Translations under genes and position numbers: made by a program
From: an uncultured Verrucomicrobiae bacterium
Lineage (GTDB): Bacteria; Chlamydiota; Chlamydiia; Chlamydiales; Rhabdochlamydiaceae
Length of the DNA stretch: 64,000 nucleotides
Direction: 5' to 3'
Assembly (NCBI GenBank): GCA_963806855.1
Contig: CAWDYW010000001.1
Span: forward strand, 1,120,001 to 1,184,000
In this document: one piece after another, positions 9,291 to 18,281 of the stretch
Position numbering within the stretch: position 1 is the first letter of the stretch
Layout of the letters: each line of letters opens with the position of its first letter
The notes under the pieces: model-generated
Seen by the model: the letters and a program-made list of their open reading frames with translations, nothing else
Database searches by the model: none
Told to the model about the DNA's origin: nothing

Positions 9291-11144
9291 TCATTGCAGA
9301 GTTCTAAGCAACAGCCCGGCTAAAACGTAGCGGTTTTTGATGTTGCCATGCGAAAGGGCGTCGAGCAGGATGTCGATGCTGCTTTCTTGCTGCTTTTCGG
9401 CAAGGGTTTGATAAACCTCGATGAGCAGCCGCGAACTATCCTCCGGAGTCAGTTCATGAGGGGAGTTGATCATCCGCTTGTCGATCGTCACCACAGGCCG
9501 GAAACGGATCATTTCGCCCTCTTTATTCCGATTCAGCCATTCTTTTAGGTAGGCCTCATAGGGCCCCTCTTTTCCTAAGCGAAAGAGAGCGAGATTGCAA
9601 TAGGCTCTGATGAGAGGCATCCCCGCTTGACGGGCCTTTAGTTTGAGAAGATCGATCGCCCCTTCGGTTTGGAGGCTCTCCAGCAGAGTCACGAGCGTGG
9701 GGATGAGGTCGGTCTGCTCGCTGTCGAATAAGATTTTAGTGATCGTCAGAAAATCATCCTCGGGAAGATGCATCAGCTCGACTAAAAGTTGCTGACGAAT
9801 CGATAAGGTCGCCCCTTGGATATCGAAGAATGTTGTCGGTTGCTGGGTTGTGGAGAAGACAGGTTTGAGGGCCATCATCGTCCTGCCGAGAGAAATTTGG
9901 GGGGTAAAGCCCATATCCCGCACATCGCGCACCAAAATCTCAATGAGAGTCTTTCGACAGCGGGGGTCGCGATGCTTAAGGAGAGTGACGGCAGCATTGA
10001 TCCGGATCGCTAAATCGGGGTGGTCGCAGAGCTTAGCAAGAACTTCCTTCCCTTCCGGAATTTCGGCAAGAGAGACAATCGCAAACAAATTGCACGCTTT
10101 GGCCTGCTGAATGAGAAAGTCCTTCGCCTCGGCGTCGCCTAAAAGCAGAAGTGAACGTGCGGCCGCGATTTGGACACTCGAGTTAGAGGAATGGTAGAGC
10201 CGTTTGAGCTTAGGGATAGAGCTCGAATCTTTCAACAGCCCGACAGCGAAAGCGGCTGCTTCCTGTTCGGCAACATTAGAATGGGTGATATTCATCCGAA
10301 TGATCGGGAGAAGATCGTCTCGACCGAACCTGGCGGCGCACAGAAGAGCCTCTACGCGGACTGCGGCTGTCTGATCTTCCATTAAGTGGCGCAAAATGGC
10401 AATCGCATCAGAAGTTCCGATCAGGGCGAAAAATTGGGGAAAAAAGAAGCGGGCTTGCGGAGGGACCCGGTACATTAACGATTCAATTTGGCCTACCGAA
10501 GTTTTGTGCTTGCGAGCGGCTAAGTGCATTGCCGCTTCTAATCGGGCCTGAAAAAACTCAGAGGACATCGCTTTGACAAGCAGATCATCGCTCCGATCGT
10601 CCTGCATCCTCGCTAAAAACTGGATCGAGGCGAGTTGCGTTTCAGCATGTGAGCTTTTAAGCCCGGCCTCAAGGACATCGAGAGAAGCGGCTCGACTCGC
10701 AATCCCCGAACCAAAAATCGACAGCAGCTGAGTCTCTTGATCAGAGGCTCTAGCTCCTTGTTCAAGAAGGATAAGGGCCATTTGCTGCAGCACCTCAAAA
10801 TCGTGTTTGCCCAGTTCATTTTTGTAACGGTTATAGAGAGCAATCGATTTTTCGGGTTGCTGGACCTGCATCAGATAGGCGATCTGACTAGGGCGTGTCG
10901 TCGAATTCCGAGTGGCTGAATTCGAGATTATTTTCTCCCTAGGATGCGATAGCAGATCGGGAGTTATATCTGCTAATATCGCCCCCGATCCTAGGGGAAA
11001 AGAACTCGAATTCAGCAGACTCGGAATTTGACGACACGCCCTGGGATTTGCACAAAGGGTACAGGAAAATAAAAGGGCAGAGGGGATGAAAAATTTCAAT
11101 AGCTGCATGGGCAATGATATACCATCTGCCTTGATTGAATACAA
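9291..11144 (-). CDS. HEAT-repeat protein (conserved chlamydial type)
   Basis: Repeated helical motifs (VRVEALL.AA, VQIAAARSLLLLG, IRINAAVTLL); start may be ATG 11108. Confidence 0.8.
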   Translation of the reverse strand: MYSIKADGISLPMQLLKFFIPSALLFSCTLCANPRACRQIPSLLNSSSFPLGSGAILADITPDLLSHPREKIISNSATRNSTTRPSQIAYLMQVQQPEKSIALYNRYKNELGKHDFEVLQQMALILLEQGARASDQETQLLSIFGSGIASRAASLDVLEAGLKSSHAETQLASIQFLARMQDDRSDDLLVKAMSSEFFQARLEAAMHLAARKHKTSVGQIESLMYRVPPQARFFFPQFFALIGTSDAIAILRHLMEDQTAAVRVEALLCAARFGRDDLLPIIRMNITHSNVAEQEAAAFAVGLLKDSSSIPKLKRLYHSSNSSVQIAAARSLLLLGDAEAKDFLIQQAKACNLFAIVSLAEIPEGKEVLAKLCDHPDLAIRINAAVTLLKHRDPRCRKTLIEILVRDVRDMGFTPQISLGRTMMALKPVFSTTQQPTTFFDIQGATLSIRQQLLVELMHLPEDDFLTITKILFDSEQTDLIPTLVTLLESLQTEGAIDLLKLKARQAGMPLIRAYCNLALFRLGKEGPYEAYLKEWLNRNKEGEMIRFRPVVTIDKRMINSPHELTPEDSSRLLIEVYQTLAEKQQESSIDILLDALSHGNIKNRYVLAGLLLRTLQ

Positions 11145-11189
11145 ATTTAACTTCTCTAAATTTCATAGAAAGTTTTATGATGCTCAGCC

Positions 11190-11804
11190 ATGCTGAAACC
11201 CATTGACCAGACATCTCGCATAGAAGGGCATCCCCAGATCGATTTCGCTCAGGGGACACTGCCTGTCAGATTTGCAGATGAATTAGTCGCGGCAAAACAA
11301 CGAAGCCCTGTGCTGAAATGGATTGAAACGTCCTTAACAAAGGCATGGAACTGGATTCAGAAAACTCCTTCGCTAAGGGGAATTCGGAACTTTCTGGCTA
11401 AAGTCTACCATTGGATCAAATATGATCTATTCTTTCTATTTAATGATGAAGAAGAAGAATTCAATGAGGAATATCGGACGGAAATCGCTGAGTTCCAGGA
11501 TCTTTATCTTGATATGATGGATGCTAAAACAGAAGCTGGGCGCAGAACTGTAAAGAAAAATTTCTATGGTCTAAGTAAGGGGCTCCAAAAACTTATTAAA
11601 GAAGAACTCTGCACTATCCTTAAAGCCGATCGGACAGACCTAAGCCCTGATGAAATTTCTACTCGGGTAAACGAGGTCATGAACGACCCTTTTAAGAGTT
11701 TTGACGTAGAAGCAAACAAAGAAAAAATGGAAGGTAACATAATCCGTGATCCGCGCCTTGAACCGATGGCGCGGGCAATATTATCTACCAAAAACAAATT
11801 ATAA
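11190..11804 (+). CDS. Hypothetical protein with Trp-rich amphipathic helix, candidate effector
   Basis: 204-aa ORF; LKWIETSLTKAWNWIQK...FLAKVYHWIKYDLFFLF then an acidic stretch. Confidence 0.65.
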   Translation: MLKPIDQTSRIEGHPQIDFAQGTLPVRFADELVAAKQRSPVLKWIETSLTKAWNWIQKTPSLRGIRNFLAKVYHWIKYDLFFLFNDEEEEFNEEYRTEIAEFQDLYLDMMDAKTEAGRRTVKKNFYGLSKGLQKLIKEELCTILKADRTDLSPDEISTRVNEVMNDPFKSFDVEANKEKMEGNIIRDPRLEPMARAILSTKNKL

Positions 11805-11818
11805 AATAGGAGCCATTC

Positions 11819-12367
11819 ATGTCGCACATTTCCCCAGTAAGGGCTGAATTAACACAAGTAGAATTCTCAGCCATAGGCGGGCAACTTCAAGTTTCCCCAG
11901 TCAATGAACAACTCGTTTCTTCCCTATGTTCTGCGTCATCGAAGAATAAAGGAGTGCTTGCCTGGATTTCTAATCTTTTGGGCAAGATTTGGTCTACGAT
12001 TAAAAGTTTCCTCTCAAAGTTGGGCTGCTTCAGAAATGAGAATGAAATTGATTGGGCAGAGACAAAGCAGATCTTCACTGGGATTCGGCAGGCCGTTTTT
12101 TCTGGAAATGATCCCAAGATCTGTAAAGCCCGGTTTAAGACCCATTATGAAGAACTTTCAAAACCTGCTCAAGAGCTATTCCAGCGCCATATTGGCTATG
12201 CGATTGCAAGGCAAAACCGCGCGATTACAAGAGCTGAACAGGAGCAATATGTGGGTGACTATTGGACCGAGATCAGCAAAGGGCTTAAAGACACTATGGA
12301 TGATATCTCTAGGGATGAAATTAGAGAAGCTGTTGAAAGCTTCGGACATGAGCTTGATAAGCATTAA
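11819..12367 (+). CDS. Hypothetical protein with amphipathic helix, candidate effector
   Basis: RBS aggag; VLAWISNLLGKIWSTIKSFLSKLGCF. Confidence 0.65.
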   Translation: MSHISPVRAELTQVEFSAIGGQLQVSPVNEQLVSSLCSASSKNKGVLAWISNLLGKIWSTIKSFLSKLGCFRNENEIDWAETKQIFTGIRQAVFSGNDPKICKARFKTHYEELSKPAQELFQRHIGYAIARQNRAITRAEQEQYVGDYWTEISKGLKDTMDDISRDEIREAVESFGHELDKH

Positions 12368-12459
12368 GATTGTTCACAATGACTTCATATGATAATCTTT
12401 TCTAAAAAATCCAATGCCCGACGAGGCATTGCAAAAAATAACATAGGAGAACACACATC

Positions 12460-13068
12460 ATGACGAGAATTTCTGATATCAAATTTAGTTCAGCGCCAAC
12501 TTTTGAGCCAACGACGCTAGCAAGAGAATTAGGCGAAACAAAAACTGACACCATCCAATCTGCAGCTCAGGAACCAGCAACAGAGCAGGGCGAAGGATTT
12601 TTTAAGAGAATGATTTGTTGCATCCCAAGATGCATCCTCTCTTTTGTTAAAAAAGTGATCTGCCTTGTGACATTGGGTTGCTTCTGCAACACAAAAGACC
12701 TTACAGAGAAAGAGCTGAGAGAAGTGATCATCGCTGACCTGGCAAAACTCCAACAAATTTGGCTTTCGGCCCCTTCGATGCAAGAGAGAAAAGCTGTTGG
12801 CGAGGAAGTTTTCAATAAACATCCAGAATTGAAAGAGAAGATCGCCATTTTTGGAGTGAATGGTGAAAGACGAAGCTATCTGAATCATAAAAGAGAAGCT
12901 ACGACTCCTGAAGAACAAAAAAAACGTCAGCAAGAAATTGATCAGTGGAATGAAAGGCACTTTGCAGCGGTTAAGAAAGACATGATCGAGAGACTTGACA
13001 TCAGATTTGATGCTGCATTCATTCAGAACTATATTAAATTTCTCCGTGACCAGAACGATAACAACTAA
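12460..13068 (+). CDS. Hypothetical protein with Cys-rich amphipathic helix, candidate effector
   Basis: RBS aggag; FFKRMICCIPRCILSFVKKVICLVTLGCFC. Confidence 0.7.
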   Translation: MTRISDIKFSSAPTFEPTTLARELGETKTDTIQSAAQEPATEQGEGFFKRMICCIPRCILSFVKKVICLVTLGCFCNTKDLTEKELREVIIADLAKLQQIWLSAPSMQERKAVGEEVFNKHPELKEKIAIFGVNGERRSYLNHKREATTPEEQKKRQQEIDQWNERHFAAVKKDMIERLDIRFDAAFIQNYIKFLRDQNDNN

Positions 13069-13091
13069 TCACTTCGTCATTTTTCAAACGA

Positions 13092-13126
13092 AGAGCCACG
13101 ACAACCATCGTGGCTCTTTTCTTTTT
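13092..13126 (+). terminator. Intrinsic terminator
   Basis: aagagccacga-caacca-tcgtggctctt followed by ttcttttt. Confidence 0.75.
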
Positions 13127-13272
13127 CCCAGCGCGCGGGTCCGGTACTCTTAAGAAATTTTTAAGAAATCTACAAAAATCCTTTTTTTCTTTTGACACTT
13201 CTGCTACAATTTCTTGCTGTTGTGATAACAGATATTGTTCAACCAAAAAAGTTAAACCTTATGGAGGTAACC

Positions 13273-13953
13273 ATGCAAACACCAGCAGTAAACAACTCAA
13301 ACACAGTACAAGCACAAAATGCAGCCCCTGCAGCTGAAAAAATTGCAGGAACAGTCCCAGCCGCTGATGGCAGTACCCTAACATCGGCTAACCCAGCTCA
13401 AGAACAGGGCTTCGTTGAAATGATCTCCGATAAAGTTGTAGGAGCATTTACTTGGGTAAAAGAGAAAGTCGTCTCTTTATTCAGCTACATCCGCTCATTA
13501 TGTTGCGGTGTCTCTGATGAAGTGAAGGCTGAGCAGTTGACTGCGCTGACAGAGAAAAAAGCTCTCGTTGAGAAAACTCGTGAGAATTTACTCAAAGAAA
13601 GAACCGCTGATACTTCTAAAGACAAAAAGCCACTAAAAGATTTCTGGAGAGCTGCTTTTGATTCTCTTCCAAAAGATCTTCAAGATGCACTCGTCAAAGA
13701 AGATATTAAAGACATCAAAAAAGCAAAGCATGCAGAAGCTGACCTTGCTAAAATTATTGAAGACAGCTTCAATGATGTGAAATATAAAGCCATTAGACTT
13801 GGCTTTATTAGAGATTTGAATCCAGCTCAATTTGCAGATGATAACGGAATGCCACAGGACACTTATCATGCATATGATGACAAGTATCTTCCTAGTTATT
13901 TGCAACACATTGCAAGCCAAATCGGCAAAGAAATTAAGGATTTAGCTGAATAA
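13273..13953 (+). CDS. Hypothetical protein with amphipathic helix ending in CC, candidate effector
   Basis: ggagg RBS before ATG 13273; low-complexity N-terminus then GAFTWVKEKVVSLFSYIRSLCCG. Confidence 0.7.
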   Translation: MQTPAVNNSNTVQAQNAAPAAEKIAGTVPAADGSTLTSANPAQEQGFVEMISDKVVGAFTWVKEKVVSLFSYIRSLCCGVSDEVKAEQLTALTEKKALVEKTRENLLKERTADTSKDKKPLKDFWRAAFDSLPKDLQDALVKEDIKDIKKAKHAEADLAKIIEDSFNDVKYKAIRLGFIRDLNPAQFADDNGMPQDTYHAYDDKYLPSYLQHIASQIGKEIKDLAE

Positions 13954-13975
13954 CATTTAGCAAAGATCCCTTTAC

Positions 13976-14010
13976 AAAGGCCCCTTCCGTAAGGAAGGGG
14001 CCTTTTTTTT
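13976..14010 (+). terminator. Intrinsic terminator
   Basis: aaaggccccttcc-gtaa-ggaaggggccttt plus T run. Confidence 0.9.
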
Positions 14011-14030
14011 CACCACAAAGAGCAAGGCTA

Positions 14031-14119
14031 TTTCAACGCAAAGACGCAGAGGCGCAAAGACGCAAAGAAAAAAGTAACTTTTTTATTTTTTTTTGCGCCT
14101 TTGCGTCTTTGCGTTGAAA
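14031..14119. repeat. ACGCAAAG-unit palindromic element, copy A
   Basis: tttcaacgcaaagacgcagaggcgcaaagacgcaaag - A/T spacer - tttgcgcctttgcgtctttgcgttgaaa. Confidence 0.9.
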
Positions 14120-14135
14120 CTGTCTTTCCAGAGAG

Positions 14136-16013
14136 TTATTTCTTTTTGCTTTTCTTAGGAGGTGTTGAGAGCGACTCACTCAGGTCGATCCAGATAGGGG
14201 ACGACCAGGCCATGTGACCGTCTGCTTGGAGAACACGCAGATAGTAGTAGGCGAAGGGGGAGCGCTCATCGGGGGAGTTGAGGGCGATTTTGGAGAGCTC
14301 CTGGAAATCGTCCTGCTCAAACTCGAACGTGGGCTTATTGGGATGAAACTTGTGCAACTCCTGACCATTGCGGATGATGGCCACCTCTTTGATAGGCGCT
14401 GTCCCACAGATAAAGCCTGTGATGTACCGGTTAAAGCTGAGGCCAGGCTTGTTCTTTGTACTGAGCTCAGAGCCCATTTGGCTGCCGGCAATATTGAAGC
14501 TGAGGACGATGCGAGCGCCGGTAGTGGCATAACAGCATCGATTGTAGAGGGCTTGGAGGAGGGTTTCACGTGTTTGCTCAATGGCGATAATGGCGGTTAG
14601 GCCGGGAGTATATTGCACTTGATCGCCTGCGTAGAGATCGGCATAGACCCCTCGGTCATCGAGCCCGCCAGCGACAAATCCAAAGCGGTGATTTTGATTT
14701 AAGGCGCTCCGTAAGGAACCTTTTTCGGTTGCATTGATCCCTTGGCCGCTTGGGCTTTTAATCGGTCGTAGATTGCCTTCTGCTTCGGTGCATTCGGAGG
14801 AGCCCCAGGCATTGTAAATCTCGACGACCCGTTCGAAATCTGGATTGTAATCAGAGAAGTCGGTCTCAAGTCCTTTGGCCATTGTGAAGCTTGGGATAGA
14901 GAGTACCTCTTTTGGATTGTGGATTTTGTAGATCTTTTTCAGGTTAGTGTATTTTGGATCTTTTTTCCGCATCATGGGCTTATTGTCTTTCCAATAGATC
15001 AATTGGCGCAGCCCTTCATTCTCATCGCCTAACCATTGAAGCCCAAGAAAAGTGGAAAAACGGCTCTCTTCATTGTATTCGTGGACATGAGAGACAATCC
15101 CTTTCCAGATATCGTTGGGAGTCTCTTCGATGCTTTCAAAAGGGGAAGTCCCCACAAATTGAGAGCCGGTTTCATCCCGAATCAGCCGCAGAAACCCTTC
15201 GATGTTTTCACTGGCATCGACTTTTTCAGATTCTCCATGTAGGGTACCCCAAAAGAGGCTGTAGTCTGTCTCAGCAAAACACTTGATAGGGGATGAGTAG
15301 AAGATATCGTCGCTCGATGAACTTTTGAGCTGAATGCGATAGACTCCAGTTTCATTGAAGTAGAGGTTGGGTAGGATGATAAACCCAGTTTCGGGAACGA
15401 ATAATTTCCAGTTGAGATTTTCGCGCAAAAACTCATAGCTGAGCTCGATCAGGGTCCCTTCGGGAGCATTGCTGGTCAAGTTGCCAAATGCATCTTCGAA
15501 GCGGACGATGATATCAAAGCGGCGGTTTTTGGCGACCCAAGAGGGGGTCATGATCTGAATATTTTTTAGGACGTTGCCCCGGATATCAATGGTGAAGATC
15601 TCTGGATCTTTGTAATCTCCCTTTCCCTTTGGGTCGATGTAGAGATGGAAAGGGCGCCGTCTCTGGGTGGTCATTTGGGCTCGAGAGGAATTGAGGATAA
15701 TGTCGAGCGCTTCCCCTGCTTTAATTTCCAAGGGGAGCGTGAATTCAAAAGAGGGGGCGTATTGGTTTGGCGCGTAGATCTCTTCTGGGAGGAGGGTTTT
15801 CCCCGAGGGGAGCTTGAGCCAAATCGAATTTTCTTTCATCTGCGAATCGATCTGGGGCACTTCCCAATCGGTGGGACGATTTTGCATCAAAAAATCAAAC
15901 TTGATTTTGGTCCCTTTAGGCAAGTTGGCTGCAGCTGTATAGGAAAATTTCCAAGTTTTTACCTGGCCTGCCAGGGCAATATTTGGCTCAGTGAGGCAAA
16001 TTGAACGACGCAT
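14136..16013 (-). CDS. Conserved chlamydial DUF3604-like/PHP-like protein
   Basis: FWGTLHGESE, VEIYNAWGSSE, R.CYATTG.R, YYYLRV.Q.DG.MAWSSPIW motifs; chlamydial gene order. Confidence 0.75.
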   Translation of the reverse strand: MRRSICLTEPNIALAGQVKTWKFSYTAAANLPKGTKIKFDFLMQNRPTDWEVPQIDSQMKENSIWLKLPSGKTLLPEEIYAPNQYAPSFEFTLPLEIKAGEALDIILNSSRAQMTTQRRRPFHLYIDPKGKGDYKDPEIFTIDIRGNVLKNIQIMTPSWVAKNRRFDIIVRFEDAFGNLTSNAPEGTLIELSYEFLRENLNWKLFVPETGFIILPNLYFNETGVYRIQLKSSSSDDIFYSSPIKCFAETDYSLFWGTLHGESEKVDASENIEGFLRLIRDETGSQFVGTSPFESIEETPNDIWKGIVSHVHEYNEESRFSTFLGLQWLGDENEGLRQLIYWKDNKPMMRKKDPKYTNLKKIYKIHNPKEVLSIPSFTMAKGLETDFSDYNPDFERVVEIYNAWGSSECTEAEGNLRPIKSPSGQGINATEKGSLRSALNQNHRFGFVAGGLDDRGVYADLYAGDQVQYTPGLTAIIAIEQTRETLLQALYNRCCYATTGARIVLSFNIAGSQMGSELSTKNKPGLSFNRYITGFICGTAPIKEVAIIRNGQELHKFHPNKPTFEFEQDDFQELSKIALNSPDERSPFAYYYLRVLQADGHMAWSSPIWIDLSESLSTPPKKSKKK

Positions 16014-16062
16014 CTTATTCTTTCCGTTGTTACTATCCTATGATTATGCTTGATACTCGAAT

Positions 16063-17307
16063 TTAATGTGGAGCGATTTTGATCTTTTCGATCGTCCGCT
16101 CCGATGAGCTAAGAACTTCTAGCTCAAAATCATCCTGATGCAAGCGCCATCCTTTGGAGGGGATCGCCCCTGCCTTGTGGAAAATATAGCCTCCAATGGT
16201 GTCGTATTCGGGGCTCTGGGGGATGGTGATGCCGAGCTCGCTTTCGATATCGATGATGGTCATTTTAGCATCGACGATCCATCCGCCCGAAGGAAGGACG
16301 GTGAAAAGGGCCTCTTCGCCCCAATCGTATTCGTCGCCAATCTCGCCAACCAGCTGCTCGAGAATATCTTCGATTGTGACGATTCCTTCAGTTCCCCCAT
16401 ATTCATCGACGACAATGGCCAAATGGATCTGCTTGGTGCGGAACTCTTGTAGGAGCTGAGAAATTTTTTTAGTCTCGGGAGCATAGACGATCGGCTTGAG
16501 TAGGTGCTCGATCGAACCCTCCAATTCTTTCGGCGATTCCGAGGCGTTGAAGTAGGCGCGGAATAGGTCTTTGTAGTAGAGGGTGCCGACGATATTGTCG
16601 ACGTTTTCTTTCCACACTGGAATACGGCTATACCCTTCCTCGAGGAACTGCCTGGCAGCAATTTTGATCGAGGTGGAGCTGCTCAGCGTGTACATGTCAA
16701 TTCGGGGCACCATCACCTCGCGGGCGATCCTCTCCTTGAAGGAGATGACCGACAGGATAAGCTTTCGGTCGTTCGGGTCGAGGAAGGGGGCGAACTCAGT
16801 GTCATGGAGGATTTCTAAGATTTTATCTTTGATGGAGTAGGAAACATTCTCTGTCGAGGTCGGGAGAAGGAGGTGGAGTATTTTATAGAGGGGAATCGCA
16901 ATCGGCAAGAAAATGATGAGAATGAGGGAGGCCGGCTGGCACATCACTTTGAAAAACGTGCGGGGGCGTATCGCGCTAAGGATACGGAAGAGATAATCAC
17001 AGAGCAAAAAGGAGAACAAGACGATCAGAAGAGCGATAAGAAACGTCTCCACCGTCATATGATCTTTGAGAATGAAATCGAAGGCCGTGATGGTAAAGCA
17101 GATGAGCAGCGTACTTTTGGCCAGGGTGAGAGTGTAGGTCAAGAGATCGCGGCTGCTTTTCTTGAAGAGATATTTGCCAAAACCGACCTGATTTTTCGCA
17201 ATCAGTTCCGCTTGTGCTTTTCCAATCCGCTGCAGCGCGGTCCCGATACCAGTTATGAGGCTCGAGCCTATCAAAAAAATAAGTGCAAGAATCGGTGAAT
17301 CAATCAT
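16063..17307 (-). CDS. Hemolysin-family / CorC-type CBS domain protein
   Basis: TM N-domain, AREVMVPR, GYSRIPV, IVVDEYGGTEGIVTIEDILEQLVGEI, C-terminal CorC_HlyC-like domain. Confidence 0.9.
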   Translation of the reverse strand: MIDSPILALIFLIGSSLITGIGTALQRIGKAQAELIAKNQVGFGKYLFKKSSRDLLTYTLTLAKSTLLICFTITAFDFILKDHMTVETFLIALLIVLFSFLLCDYLFRILSAIRPRTFFKVMCQPASLILIIFLPIAIPLYKILHLLLPTSTENVSYSIKDKILEILHDTEFAPFLDPNDRKLILSVISFKERIAREVMVPRIDMYTLSSSTSIKIAARQFLEEGYSRIPVWKENVDNIVGTLYYKDLFRAYFNASESPKELEGSIEHLLKPIVYAPETKKISQLLQEFRTKQIHLAIVVDEYGGTEGIVTIEDILEQLVGEIGDEYDWGEEALFTVLPSGGWIVDAKMTIIDIESELGITIPQSPEYDTIGGYIFHKAGAIPSKGWRLHQDDFELEVLSSSERTIEKIKIAPH

Positions 17308-17313
17308 TAAAGG

Positions 17314-17787
17314 TTATTTTGATATTGCTAGGTTGTTTTTTTCAAGTAACTTTAGCCACTTTTTTTCCTCGGCCCGCATTTTTTTCCTATCGGCAGGCTC
17401 GATATCATCGAAGCCGAGCAAATGCAAAAAGCCGTGAACCACGTAGAGGGTCAGCTCCTCATAGAGATTTCCCCCATGGCTCTTGACATACTCAGACGCA
17501 ACTTGGGGGCACACAAACACTTCGCCTAAAAATTCGGGTTCGCGAATGGGAAAGGTGATGCAATCGGTCGGGGAGGGGTCGTCGAAAAATTGGGCGTGCA
17601 GAGAGGAGATCTTAGCCTTTCCAACAAAGGACAATGCCATCCCTTTTTCTCCTGATTGCTCGAGTAAAAATGCGATGACCCGTTTAGCAGAAGATAAAGA
17701 AATGGCAATCGTCCGTTGTGAATTGCGTATGTAGATATTATCTAGCTGGGGTTTTGGGGAGGCCGGTAACTTTTGTGTTTTCGCCAT
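17314..17787 (-). CDS. ybeY: Endoribonuclease YbeY
   Basis: PTDCITFP, LGEVFVCP, HGFLHLLGFD motif. Start uncertain because it overlaps the upstream small protein. Confidence 0.9.
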   Translation of the reverse strand: MAKTQKLPASPKPQLDNIYIRNSQRTIAISLSSAKRVIAFLLEQSGEKGMALSFVGKAKISSLHAQFFDDPSPTDCITFPIREPEFLGEVFVCPQVASEYVKSHGGNLYEELTLYVVHGFLHLLGFDDIEPADRKKMRAEEKKWLKLLEKNNLAISK

Positions 17788-17896
17788 CTTTCCATCTGCC
17801 CAATTTTCTCAGGACGTCAATCCGCTCAAAACGTTTGAGGACGTTTCGCTTCTTTCCACCTTTACCTGTTTTTCCATAGCTGGGATGTCTTGACAT
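17738..17896 (-). CDS. Small basic protein (PVC-superphylum type), 52 aa
   Basis: Not in ORF track. Manual translation MSRHPSYGKTGKGGKKRNVLKRFERIDVLRKLGRWKDGENTKVTGLPKTPAR; RNVLKR.ER...GLPK signature. Confidence 0.9.
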   Translation of the reverse strand: MSRHPSYGKTGKGGKKRNVLKRFERIDVLRKLGRWKDGENTKVTGLPKTPAR

Positions 17897-17909
17897 AGTC
17901 GATTAACCT

Positions 17910-18083
17910 TTATTTAATTTTAGGAATAAATGCTGCTTTCGCCATTTCACCTGCGACGGCATTTGCATGTTTCTTGAAGCCGCCAGGCAAATTTTCTTTT
18001 TTTGGCCCAGTTTTTGGCTGTGGGGCCCTTGGTCGTCGTGGGCTTACCATTCGTCTTTCAGTTTGTTTACTTAAACGTGTCAT
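17910..18083 (-). CDS. Small basic conserved chlamydial protein
   Basis: aggag RBS before ATG 18083 (MTRLSKQTERR...); sits upstream of the small basic protein and ybeY as in chlamydiae. Confidence 0.7.
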   Translation of the reverse strand: MTRLSKQTERRMVSPRRPRAPQPKTGPKKENLPGGFKKHANAVAGEMAKAAFIPKIK

Positions 18084-18163
18084 TGGAGTTCTCCTTAGCA
18101 AAAAGACAAGTATAGAGAATTCTTAATAGAGATTCAAGCTAAATTACTCTGTACACGACAGTA

Positions 18164-18271
18164 TTTCGGCAGGGTCTATATAAACGCAAAGACGCGGAGG
18201 CGCAAAGAACGCAAAGAAGAAAAATTTTATTGTTTTTTTGCGTCTTTGCGTCCTCTGCGTCTTTGCGTTAA
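18164..18271. repeat. ACGCAAAG-unit palindromic element, copy B
   Basis: tttcggcagggtctatataaacgcaaagacgcggaggcgcaaag...ctttgcgtcctctgcgtctttgcgtta. Confidence 0.9.
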
Positions 18272-18281
18272 GAAGGCTAAA

